Virus genome (UHGV): UHGV-0212646
DNA from: a virus
Length of the DNA stretch: 43,550 nucleotides
Direction: 5' to 3' (one strand)
Shown here: positions 15,226 through 23,710 of the stretch, in pieces
Numbering within the stretch: position 1 is the stretch's first letter
Layout of the letters: every line of letters begins with the position of its first letter
Notes under the pieces: model-generated
Databases searched by the model: none
Seen by the model: only the letters and a program-made list of their open reading frames with translations
Told to the model about the DNA's origin: nothing
Program-made: the position numbers and the translations under genes

Positions 15226-17201
15226 TATCCCGGCACCCCCTCTGGAGCTGTGGCGATCACCTCTTTTAGACGATCAATCATATGACCCACCACACCGTCA
15301 GTGTCAGCTTCTTTTGTGATAGGACCGGTAAATTCCACCTTGATATTAGGCGCAAGGGTATTTTGGGCGATCCGGGCCACGTAATCCCGTTCTGCCAGTT
15401 TCCGCATCCACTCGATGTCCTCTTTATCTGTCTCAACCTTTACGGCACCGCCTTTACCTGTACCTTTTACAGTGGCAGGACTACCAGCAGTAGCAAACTG
15501 TGAAAGATCAATGCCGGATCCGCCAGCCCCATCCAAATTTGGATTGAAACCTGAAAACAGGTTTGAGGCTTTGTCCGCCAGACCGCTTCCTATCTCATAT
15601 CCTTTGTTGGCAAAATCAGCGCCATTAACAAAATCCTTTTTCTTCACGACTTCATTCCAGTCAGAAGCGGTTTTTGCAGAAGCTGCTGCTTTTTCAATTC
15701 CTGCCTTAAAATTATCCAATCCTGCTGAAATCTGAACCTCTACTCCTGGAATACGATTTATAATAGCTTCAACCGACCGGGCCATTTCTGTCATATATCC
15801 AACCACGGTTATGGCCAGATCATAAAAGAGGATTTTAACGGCAGCAACAGGGTGATTCCAAACATTGGCAAAGAAATTGACTACCTCTGCAATAACATTG
15901 TAGATGAATATAAAGCTATTTGTTGCAGATGCCGCAAGCGCGCCTAATGCTCCGCCAATTATTCCTGTTCCTGAAAGGGTTGCTCCCGTAAAATGATTGA
16001 CTGCTGCAACTCCGGCATAGAAAGCAGCTGCAAGTACTAAAACCAGCCCTACAATCCATACAATAGGGCACGCGTATAATGCAGAATTAAGTCCTAACTG
16101 CGCTGTTGTTTCTGCCCAAGTTGCTCCAGTTGTTGCCCACAATGATAATGCATATAACCCTGCACCTATTGCCTGAGCCCCAAATCGAGCCGCTGATATA
16201 AGTGCCAAACCATTTAAAGCCAACTGTGCTCCTGCATAAATTCCCAAAGCCACAGCCGCCGCCCAAATAAACGGTGATACCATCGGCCAGGCAGCAATGC
16301 AAAAATCTATAAATCCTTCTGTTGCTTCCCCTGCCAGATAAATCAAACCAATAAAGTTATTTAAGGCGGTTTGTACGCCTGCTGAATTCAAAGCGGTATT
16401 TACCTTTTCAAACACCTCTGCAAAAGCCTGTGTGCCTGCATTCTTAATTTTCTGCCAGGTATCTGCAAACGTAGGCGTCATCTGCGAAAATTTTCCATTA
16501 ATCTCATCTGCGGCTTGGAACATCGCCCCTTTGATGATATCTGCCGTAATTGCGCCGTCTGAGGACAGTTCTTTTAATTCTGCCTTAGTCTTTCCCATAT
16601 ACTGAGCGATTGCATCAGCTACCATAGGGGCGTTCTCCATTACGGCAACAAATTCATCACCTTGTAGTCTTCCAGACGTCATAGCCTGCGTCAGCTGGAG
16701 GAAAGCGGAGTTCTGTTCAGCCGTACCTGCCCCTGACACCTTGAGGGATTTGGTAAGCAGTTCTGTAAACCCTACTGCTTCCAGATTGCTCCCAAAGGTA
16801 TCGCCTGCCAGCATTTTAAGCTTTGCTGTCGCATTGGCCATCTCTGTATAATCGCCGCGAGATCGGTCCGCTGCCGCAAAAATATCTTTTTGGAGAGTCC
16901 TCTGTTCTTCCAGGCTTCCAGTGATCATAGCCAGTCTGGCGTTTGTATTGGTGTATGTATCTGTCAGGTCCATTCCCTTTTTTACCGCCGCCAGACTCAC
17001 TACTGTTTTAACGAGCCTTGATAGGCTTGAGTTGGCTACATCGGCAGCGGCTCCCGTACGTCCTAAAGAACCATTGAATCCATCCGTGTTTTTACTGGCT
17101 CCTAAAATAGCCTTAGCTGCCTTATCGGTGTTTTCAACAATCTTCTTGATCTGGCTGCTGTAACCATCCATCAGACGAAACATTGCGTTTAAAGTCGGCA
17201 T
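15225..17201 (-). CDS. tail tape measure protein
   Basis: 658 aa, Ala/Gly-rich hydrophobic central segment, position after the chaperone. GGAAGGTGGG SD. Confidence 0.8.
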   Translation of the reverse strand: MPTLNAMFRLMDGYSSQIKKIVENTDKAAKAILGASKNTDGFNGSLGRTGAAADVANSSLSRLVKTVVSLAAVKKGMDLTDTYTNTNARLAMITGSLEEQRTLQKDIFAAADRSRGDYTEMANATAKLKMLAGDTFGSNLEAVGFTELLTKSLKVSGAGTAEQNSAFLQLTQAMTSGRLQGDEFVAVMENAPMVADAIAQYMGKTKAELKELSSDGAITADIIKGAMFQAADEINGKFSQMTPTFADTWQKIKNAGTQAFAEVFEKVNTALNSAGVQTALNNFIGLIYLAGEATEGFIDFCIAAWPMVSPFIWAAAVALGIYAGAQLALNGLALISAARFGAQAIGAGLYALSLWATTGATWAETTAQLGLNSALYACPIVWIVGLVLVLAAAFYAGVAAVNHFTGATLSGTGIIGGALGALAASATNSFIFIYNVIAEVVNFFANVWNHPVAAVKILFYDLAITVVGYMTEMARSVEAIINRIPGVEVQISAGLDNFKAGIEKAAASAKTASDWNEVVKKKDFVNGADFANKGYEIGSGLADKASNLFSGFNPNLDGAGGSGIDLSQFATAGSPATVKGTGKGGAVKVETDKEDIEWMRKLAERDYVARIAQNTLAPNIKVEFTGPITKEADTDGVVGHMIDRLKEVIATAPEGVPG

Positions 17202-17204
17202 TCT

Positions 17205-17805
17205 TTCCCACCTTCCTAAGACAGTTTAGCCGCCTGTCTCTTTTCTTCTTTAATCCGTAGATCAATGCTCGCATAAATAAATGCCCGCTCCCTGGGGTCT
17301 ACCGGATCATCTGCCCCGCAGATTCCGGCGAGCACCCCGGGCCTGATATGAAGTCTTTGCAGGGCGAAATGAGCGTAATTCATCTCTCCATCGCCCTGCT
17401 CAATCAGTTTTTTGCCTCTTCGATATCCTCGTTGATATCTTTATCCAATCCAGAGAGGTCAAGAGCCGCCTGCATCAGAGTCGCGAACTCACCCACATAG
17501 AGCATTTTTGCCAGGGTTTTGGGAGCGCCTAAGGTTCCCCATCTTTTCTGAAGATCTGCATTGTTTAAGTCTGGCTCTACTACTGCTGTAGCCGTCAACT
17601 CACGATTGTAATTGATCCGGTCAAACACTTCATTACCCTTCTTATCCCTTTTCGTATGTTTCCGGATAAACTCCTCGTTTTCCTGCTGAGTAATGGGCCG
17701 GATTACAAAGGGAACCGGCTTGCCATTCTCCTGAAAACGGTTTGATACAATCACCTCTCTGTTTTCTGCCTGTACTGGGTGCAAAAATGCATTTAAACTA
17801 CTCAT
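17205..17805 (-). CDS. tail assembly chaperone; short form 17404..17805, long form via a -1 frameshift at A_AAA_AAC followed by TGA
   Basis: Slippery heptamer rc(17407-17413) sits directly before the stop. The -1 frame stays open for 66 more codons to 17205. Confidence 0.65.
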
Positions 17806-17821
17806 AATCTGTTTTCCTCGC

Positions 17822-17852
17822 TTTCTTAATTTTTGTATAAAAAGAACGCCCC
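17822..17852 (-). terminator. intrinsic terminator between the accessory block and the chaperone gene
   Basis: aagaacg-tcctccgggg-cgttctt then tttttataca on the minus strand. Confidence 0.6.
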
Positions 17853-17871
17853 GGAGGACGTTCTTTTAGGT

Positions 17872-18126
17872 TTATGCAGTTCTTCGTTCTTCATAGCCAC
17901 GAATAAAACAATATAACATTCTATTTAATTTCGGATCATTCATCCTTAAGACCTTCAAGACAAGCGACGCCTGTTCAAGTTCCAATTCTGACAATTCAGA
18001 AAATCTTTTACTATCATCCATCTTAGCGCAAATGTTAACTAATAGGCTAATATGCTCTAAAACCATTTTCCGTCGTACCCTGCGACAATTTTGAGTTATT
18101 TCCTCTCGTATTTCCATCATTTTCAT
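17872..18126 (-). CDS. small putative regulator (84 aa), translationally coupled to the antirepressor gene
   Basis: AGGAGGTG SD. TAATG stop/start overlap with the upstream gene. Confidence 0.4.
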   Translation of the reverse strand: MKMMEIREEITQNCRRVRRKMVLEHISLLVNICAKMDDSKRFSELSELELEQASLVLKVLRMNDPKLNRMLYCFIRGYEERRTA

Positions 18127-18956
18127 TACGCCACCTCCTGATAACAAACCCGGCACTTATTAACACTGCCATTTGCAAGCCGGAACTCGATCAATGAGGG
18201 ATAGCCGTTCTCTTCCAGCCATTCCTGAACCTTTTCGAGAACACTTTCTTTGTACTGAACGGTCACACCGTCATGGCCGTTCCGGCTGTAAGCTGTCTTT
18301 ACAATTTCATCTGTAAAAAGGTCGATTTTCTGGATGATGGCGCTTACTGCTTTATCATGTGGTCTACCGGACTCAGAATAGATGCCGAGTTTCTTTGCCA
18401 TAGTAGTGCAGTCCCATAACGTCTGTGTAGTGCTGTCTGTAATCAACGGAATCTGAATGTCAATGTCGGCCTGTTCCTTGTAAAGCCGTTTCGCCTCTGC
18501 CGCGATGAACATCGGGTCAACTCCTGCATCTTTGAAAATGCCGCTGACGGTCTTCACAAGCATGTTGGCGGCGGAGAGGTTCTTTTTCTTCTTTTCGGGC
18601 TTCTGGGTGATGCCCTCTCTGATCGTTTTCTCCTTATACTTCTTTTCCACCTGGATGAAGTAACGGCGTACTTGCTTGCCTTTCTCATTACGCTCCAACA
18701 TGGCCATTTCCTTGGCTGTATCAAGTTTAATGATATGGTCTATTTTAGTCTGTCCGGAAGGTGCTAAAATTTTAGCGGCTTCATAATCCTCTTTTTCTAC
18801 TGCCTCACAATCGCCCAAACGGTTGCGAATCCAATCGCGATAATTACTCTTTACTTCCAAAACTGAATGAAGTTCTGAACCATAAACTACTTTCTCGCCG
18901 GTGCTGGTTTCGTATACTGGTACTAACTCATTTTCAATTACTTTTAAATTCTGCAT
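18126..18956 (-). CDS. phage antirepressor, AntA N-terminal domain + KilA-C domain
   Basis: AAAGGAG SD, then ATG at 18956. LVPVYETSTGEKVVYGSELHSVLEV...RRYFIQVEKKY is AntA-like. Confidence 0.7.
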   Translation of the reverse strand: MQNLKVIENELVPVYETSTGEKVVYGSELHSVLEVKSNYRDWIRNRLGDCEAVEKEDYEAAKILAPSGQTKIDHIIKLDTAKEMAMLERNEKGKQVRRYFIQVEKKYKEKTIREGITQKPEKKKKNLSAANMLVKTVSGIFKDAGVDPMFIAAEAKRLYKEQADIDIQIPLITDSTTQTLWDCTTMAKKLGIYSESGRPHDKAVSAIIQKIDLFTDEIVKTAYSRNGHDGVTVQYKESVLEKVQEWLEENGYPSLIEFRLANGSVNKCRVCYQEVA

Positions 18957-18981
18957 AATAAAAACTCCTTTCAAAAAATAC

Positions 18982-19011
18982 TTGCCAAAAGGAGAAATAC
19001 AGTGCTATTAT
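18982..19011 (+). promoter_or_regulatory. promoter TTGCCA-N18-TGcTATTAT for the convergent sRNA-b
   Basis: Extended -10. Confidence 0.45.
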
Positions 19012-19017
19012 TTATAT

Positions 19018-19082
19018 ACTCCTTTTGGGGTGTGGAGCAACCATTTCACTTTGGTCGGTGGGGTTGCTCCTCTTTTTTTATT
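19018..19082 (+). ncRNA. candidate cis-antisense sRNA-b ending in the terminator hairpin ggagcaacc-N19-ggttgctcc-T9
   Basis: The + strand hairpin plus U-run overlaps the stop codon of RHH gene b on the minus strand. Confidence 0.4.
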
Positions 19083-19254
19083 TTAGGTCATCCTCCAGTT
19101 TTTTAATTCCCCGTCTTATTGCTTCTGTCTTTGCCACTTTTTCCTGTTCACAGTATCGTTCAAGAATATTGTTACTTTCAATATCAAGCCTTACATGAAT
19201 AGGTTTTGACTTTGGATTCTCTACTGGTGGTCTTCCTGTTCTTGGGCTCATCAT
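19078..19254 (-). CDS. ribbon-helix-helix (CopG/Arc-like) small DNA-binding protein with an RTGRP AT-hook-like N-terminus, paralogue b
   Basis: MMSPRTGRPPVENPKSKPIHVRLDIESNNILERYCEQEKVAKTEAIRRGIKKLEDDLK. Upstream TTGACT-N17-TATATT promoter on the minus strand. Confidence 0.55.
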   Translation of the reverse strand: MMSPRTGRPPVENPKSKPIHVRLDIESNNILERYCEQEKVAKTEAIRRGIKKLEDDLK

Positions 19255-19334
19255 ATCACCCACTTTCTGTAGCCCATAAATATAATATAATTGATGTAGC
19301 CCAATAAGTCAAGCACTGTTTTCTCAAATTCTTC

Positions 19335-19363
19335 TTGAAAGAGGCTTCCTTTGCTGATATACT
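19335..19363 (+). promoter_or_regulatory. promoter TTGAAA-N17-TATACT for the convergent sRNA-a
   Basis: Near-consensus. Confidence 0.5.
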
Positions 19364-19369
19364 ATATTT

Positions 19370-19441
19370 ATCAGAGAGAAACCTCTTTGGTGTATTAGAG
19401 ATTCGTGATACTTGGTAGGTGGAACGAATCTCTATTTTTTT
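19370..19441 (+). ncRNA. candidate cis-antisense sRNA-a ending in the terminator hairpin agagattcg-N19-cgaatctct-T7
   Basis: Overlaps the stop codon of RHH gene a. Loop ACUUGGUAGGUGG is conserved with sRNA-b, and the stems covary. Confidence 0.4.
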
Positions 19442-19605
19442 ATTTTGGCATATACTTCACGGATTCCTTGACGAATTACATCGGATTTTGACATTCCTGT
19501 TTCTTTACAGCAATACTCTAAAATCTCTATATCTTCATCTGACATTCTGATTCTAGTCTCGTGCTTTTTTGGATTATCCGTTGGTCTGCCTGTTCTTGGC
19601 GACAT
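19432..19605 (-). CDS. ribbon-helix-helix small DNA-binding protein, paralogue a (57 aa)
   Basis: GGAGGAGGG SD, then ATG at 19605. Product MSPRTGRPTDNPKKHETRIRMSDEDIEILEYCCKETGMSKSDVIRQGIREVYAKIKK. Below the ORF-track cutoff. Confidence 0.55.
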   Translation of the reverse strand: MSPRTGRPTDNPKKHETRIRMSDEDIEILEYCCKETGMSKSDVIRQGIREVYAKIKK

Positions 19606-19703
19606 TTTCTACCCTCCTCCTAATATATAAGTGTAGGGTTTCAGTACCCAACAGCCAGTTGGGACTTAATCCTCTCATTGTTTAAGCTGTATAATGATTA
19701 GGC

Positions 19704-19898
19704 ATTGGTATGACGACACCTCCTAGGACCACTTTAGGTGTCCGCAAGAAAGCCAGTCAGCCAGCCTATCATTTGCAGCCGTTCGATTTATGCAGGTTGG
19801 ACTGTCCTTGTACATGTCCGTTTGATACCCCAGGAGATTGAATAAGCAGTGAGGAATGCTGGATACCATGCAAATTCATTTTCAGGAGGTACATTAGG
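19704..19898 (+). ncRNA. candidate IS110 bridge/guide RNA region (5' flank of the transposase), downstream of a TGtATAAT -10
   Basis: Structured ~190-nt leader, e.g. gacacctcctaggaccactttaggtgtc. Assignment rests on knowledge of the IS110 family, not on homology. Confidence 0.3.
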
Positions 19899-21113
19899 AT
19901 GTACAACGCTGTCGGTATTGATGTCTCAAAGGGCAAGAGCACCATCGCAGTCCTGCAGCCCGGAGGCGTCATTGTCAGGAAACCCTTTGATGTTTTTCAC
20001 ACTTCCCAATCCTTAAAAGAACTATCAAATTATCTGGCTTCACTTGAAGGGGATACAAGGATTGTAATGGAGTGTACTGGCAGATACCATGAGTCCATGG
20101 CTAACTCCCTCTCTAATGCCGGGTTTTTTGTAACTGTCGTCAATCCGCATCTGATTAAAAACTTTGGTAACAATACGTTGCGCAAGGTCAAATCTGACCC
20201 TGCTGATGCTAAAAAGATAGCACGCTATACCCTTGACAACTGGGCTGAACTGCGGCAGTATTCATGTATGGACAATACACGTAACCAATTGAAAACCTTA
20301 AATTCACAATTCAGCTTCTTTATGAAGCAAAAGGTTGCCGCAAAGGCAAACCTGATTGCACTGTTGGATAATACATACCCCGGTGTAAATAAACTGTTCA
20401 ACAGCCCTGCCCGTGAAGATGGCAGTGAAAAATGGGTCGATTACGCTTACTCATTCTGGCATGTGGACTGTGTCCGTAAAACCGGCTTGAAAGCTTTTAC
20501 AGTGCGCTATGAAGCTTTCTGCAGGAAACACCATTATATTTATCAGCCTTCCAAACCAGAAGAACTGTTTAACGCCTCTAAAGAGCTTGTTGCCGTGTTC
20601 CCAAAGGAGACGTCCTATAAGCTTCTGATCCAGCAGAGTATCCAGCAGCTCAATCTTGCCTCTGCCCATATCGAACAGCTCCGCAGGGAGATGAATGCAC
20701 TTGCTTCCACGCTCCCAGAATACGAGGTTGTCATGGGCATGTATGGCGTGGGCAAAACTTACGGTCCCCAGCTCATTGCTGAGATTGGCGATGTTTCAAG
20801 ATTTACCCATCGGGAGGCAATCACTGCTTTTGCAGGTGTCGATCCCGGTGTGGAGCAGTCAGGGCAGCACAACTCAAAGAGCAACAAAGCTTCCAAATGT
20901 GGAACCGGCAGGCTCCGTAAGACCCTGTTCCAGGTCATGACCACCCTGCTCCAGAATGCCCCGGAGAATGAACCTGTCTACCAGTTTCTGAACCGGAAGC
21001 GTTCCGAAGGAAAACCTTACTATGTGTACATGACTGCTGGTGCGAATAAGTTCCTCCGCATCTACTACGGCAAGGTAAAAGCACATCTGCGCAGTCTGGA
21101 ACAAAACGAATAA
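19899..21113 (+). CDS. IS110 family transposase (DEDD N-terminal domain + Transposase_20 C-terminal domain)
   Basis: N-terminus AVGIDVSKGKSTIAVL. C-terminus GVGKTYGPQLIAEIGDVSRFTHREAITAFAGVDPGVEQSG. Confidence 0.9.
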   Translation: MYNAVGIDVSKGKSTIAVLQPGGVIVRKPFDVFHTSQSLKELSNYLASLEGDTRIVMECTGRYHESMANSLSNAGFFVTVVNPHLIKNFGNNTLRKVKSDPADAKKIARYTLDNWAELRQYSCMDNTRNQLKTLNSQFSFFMKQKVAAKANLIALLDNTYPGVNKLFNSPAREDGSEKWVDYAYSFWHVDCVRKTGLKAFTVRYEAFCRKHHYIYQPSKPEELFNASKELVAVFPKETSYKLLIQQSIQQLNLASAHIEQLRREMNALASTLPEYEVVMGMYGVGKTYGPQLIAEIGDVSRFTHREAITAFAGVDPGVEQSGQHNSKSNKASKCGTGRLRKTLFQVMTTLLQNAPENEPVYQFLNRKRSEGKPYYVYMTAGANKFLRIYYGKVKAHLRSLEQNE

Positions 21114-21367
21114 TCATTCCGTCTATTACGGCTTTCTTTTTGACCGGCTGATGAGGCGGTCTTAGAGTTGTGCCATAAAATCACTTCACAAAAATTTTCA
21201 AAAAGTGCTTGACTTTTTATTAGCAGGCTTTCTTTTGGTGACACATATATGATATTATATGGTGACACAAAAGTCAAGAGGTTTTTCATCTTCTTCACGC
21301 CTACCTCGTGAAATCAAAAAGGCCCAGCCTTTCGCTGAACCTCTTTCTCATTAAATATAATTGATTT

Positions 21368-22108
21368 TTATAATCCTAACAGCTGTTTCTTTTTTATTTC
21401 AAATTCCTCCTGCGTGATAATCTCCTCATCTAATAATTTCTTATACTTTAGTATTTCATCAGCTCCAGATACTACTTCTACATGATCCCCTTGTTTTTGT
21501 TCATTTTGGATTAATGTCAATTCTGTTAATATTTTCTGTAATGTCCCATAATAAACAGAATGCATCATACTTCCAGATTTTATATTCCCATTTGTTATTA
21601 TATTGATATATATTTCAGGATAAAGAGGGCTTTTCGTAATAAATTTTACTCTCAGTTCTTTTGTAACGCTTTTACTTCTTTTTTCTCCTGTAATTCCACC
21701 TACAATAGCCCCGACTCCGCCAAATAAAGCTCCCCCTACAACAGCACGTCCTATTCCCCCTTTACTTACTGTATCGCCATTCTCGATCACTTCATATCCT
21801 ACCATTTCATCAAAGGAAAACACTGTTCTATATGCTGGAATCTGCCATAAGTGATTCGCATAATCAATATATAAATATTTTTCTACCTTTTTATCTGGTA
21901 AAAATATTTTTGTGTATTCCTCTGACTTTTTTATTGCTTCTATGCATCTTCTAATTCTGTCAGACGAAACTTCTTTCCAATTGAGAAGAATTAAACCACT
22001 TCTCATTCGACAGTCTTTGCACACAAATCCATCTGCAATTTGCTTATCTCCCTTATGGCTTCCACAAATGCAACAAACTCCGCTCTTTGAAAATAATCCC
22101 ACACCCAT
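21368..22108 (-). CDS. AT-rich moron: zinc-ribbon + glycine-zipper + C-terminal SHOCT-domain protein
   Basis: CCICGSHKGDKQIADGFVCKDCRMRSG zinc ribbon. GGALFGGVGAIVGGITG glycine zipper. C-terminal ADEILKYKKLLDEEIITQEEFEIKKKQLLGL is SHOCT. Roughly 38% GC. Confidence 0.6.
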   Translation of the reverse strand: MGVGLFSKSGVCCICGSHKGDKQIADGFVCKDCRMRSGLILLNWKEVSSDRIRRCIEAIKKSEEYTKIFLPDKKVEKYLYIDYANHLWQIPAYRTVFSFDEMVGYEVIENGDTVSKGGIGRAVVGGALFGGVGAIVGGITGEKRSKSVTKELRVKFITKSPLYPEIYINIITNGNIKSGSMMHSVYYGTLQKILTELTLIQNEQKQGDHVEVVSGADEILKYKKLLDEEIITQEEFEIKKKQLLGL

Positions 22109-22110
22109 TT

Positions 22111-22162
22111 CCTCCTCTTATAAGATACAAGCATTATACTGCAAGAGGAGGAAAACAGCAAG
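22111..22162 (-). promoter_or_regulatory. TTGCTG-N17-TATAAT promoter embedded in a 10-bp-stem hairpin whose 3' arm is the moron SD
   Basis: tcctcctctt / aagaggagga arms, with -10 in the loop. Read-through transcripts from the tube gene would sequester the SD, while promoter-initiated ones would not. Confidence 0.4.
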
Positions 22163-22163
22163 C

Positions 22164-22643
22164 TTATCTCATATTCTCCGGCAATGTATAACTCTCCAGA
22201 TCGTCCAGGTCATCAAACGTAAAATCCGTATCCGTCGTGTTCAGATCCTCACTTCCATCCTCCAGATACGCAACAGGTACCTTTGCCAGGATACAGTCAC
22301 GCATTACCACCACACGCCGGCCAATGGTAGACGCCGGATCCTCATTTGTGGTCTGGATGCTGATCGTGGGAGTCTTCCCCTCTTTGACGTACTGCTGGTA
22401 AATCGCCAGAGCAGCCGGGCTTACATTATACATAGTTATGCTTCCCTTTCCCTCTGCCGCAACTACCTTATGCTGCTTCATCCGGTGGCCCAGAAGTTTC
22501 TTGCCTGTCACCGTAAATTCAATATTGGATTCAATCTTAGAGAGTTCAAAGAAGTACCGGTTCTGTCCGTCTACCGTGATGTAGGCGCTGCCCTCACTTC
22601 CAGTCACCAGGTCTTTGATTTTTGTGTAGTTCTTTCCTGACAT
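22164..22643 (-). CDS. tail tube protein (XkdM-like)
   Basis: Size and position after the sheath. Acidic C-terminus. Confidence 0.7.
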   Translation of the reverse strand: MSGKNYTKIKDLVTGSEGSAYITVDGQNRYFFELSKIESNIEFTVTGKKLLGHRMKQHKVVAAEGKGSITMYNVSPAALAIYQQYVKEGKTPTISIQTTNEDPASTIGRRVVVMRDCILAKVPVAYLEDGSEDLNTTDTDFTFDDLDDLESYTLPENMR

Positions 22644-22657
22644 ATTCTTTTCACCTC

Positions 22658-23707
22658 CTATGACAGATTTACGGTGATGTAAATCTTTTCTACACTGTCC
22701 ACTGGCTGAGTGAATACATCTACCACCACAGCATCGGAATCTGTTCCTGCATTCACTGTGATATCATCTGTTTCAAAATTCTGGATAGCAGCCATATTCT
22801 GAAGTGTGGTAAAATAATCCACCAATGCAGCTTTCAGCAGGGACCGTCCATCTGCGTTGTTATTGACTTTTCCCACATAGTTGCTTTCAAAGATAGTGGA
22901 GATATCGTTAGCAATATTATCGATCGTCCTGATAACCCGGTTCTTGGTGAACATCTTGCCTTTTTCTGCCGTTACTGTAGTCAGGGAATTGATATCATAC
23001 ACCACAGTTACGTTCTGGGCGCTGTCCGCTTTGAAGATCAACTTACCCGCTTTGACCGCATTCTCCATCTCTGCCTTTGTCATACGGGGATCCACATCGA
23101 TAGCACCCACATACTTCATGCCTGTGTTGGAAGTTGTAATGCTGGCCCCCGCTGTAGCTCCTGCTACCCACGCTGTAGTCTCCGCTGCAGTTAGGACTGT
23201 GCCGTCTGTCATGACAATCCCCTGTACCACATTGATGATTCCCTCTGAATCCGCCACATGGTTTGCCAGTACTGCCTGACACTTGACACCCTCGTCATCT
23301 CTCATAGCCTTAATCCATGTTGTAATCGCAGTCTTATTAGCAGACGCCGTTTCCGGCTCTGTATCGTAAGGGTAGCACAGTGTATTAAACTGCACTGTCT
23401 TCAGTTTCTCCAACGCCGTATTGACGGCTTCCGTATTGTGTGTTTCCGGCAGCTTGTAGATCAATACAGTTTTTGCCTTTTTAAGGGCCTCTGTAGCCAG
23501 TTTCTTATCATCCGCCGTAGCTTTTTCCGGATATGCCTGTTCTGTGGCTGTGATGGTATACATCTTTCCATCCTCGCCCACAGACATCTCCTGTAAAATC
23601 ACCACAATACCTCTGTCTCCCGGAGTGATCGACAAGGGCTCGTTTGTCTGGATGTTGATATAGGCCCCGGGTAGTACTTTGTTCTGAGATTCCCATGTGC
23701 CTGCCAT
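22658..23707 (-). CDS. contractile tail sheath protein (XkdK-like)
   Basis: 349 aa, PBSX-type sheath sequence features, position. Confidence 0.75.
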   Translation of the reverse strand: MAGTWESQNKVLPGAYINIQTNEPLSITPGDRGIVVILQEMSVGEDGKMYTITATEQAYPEKATADDKKLATEALKKAKTVLIYKLPETHNTEAVNTALEKLKTVQFNTLCYPYDTEPETASANKTAITTWIKAMRDDEGVKCQAVLANHVADSEGIINVVQGIVMTDGTVLTAAETTAWVAGATAGASITTSNTGMKYVGAIDVDPRMTKAEMENAVKAGKLIFKADSAQNVTVVYDINSLTTVTAEKGKMFTKNRVIRTIDNIANDISTIFESNYVGKVNNNADGRSLLKAALVDYFTTLQNMAAIQNFETDDITVNAGTDSDAVVVDVFTQPVDSVEKIYITVNLS

Positions 23708-23710
23708 AGG

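Larger units (their letters stand above)
19690..21340 (+). mobile_element. IS110-family insertion sequence (ends approximate; the family has no terminal inverted repeats)
   Basis: A transposase gene with about 200 bp of structured flank on each side. The 3' flank has the symmetric element cttgactttt...ggtgacaca-N15-ggtgacaca-aaagtcaag. Confidence 0.6.

Noticed and set aside
21114-21367. Promoter call from the TTGACT at 21209 on the + strand
   Set aside because: No acceptable -10 at 16-19 nt. The region is more likely the IS110 right-flank structured element.
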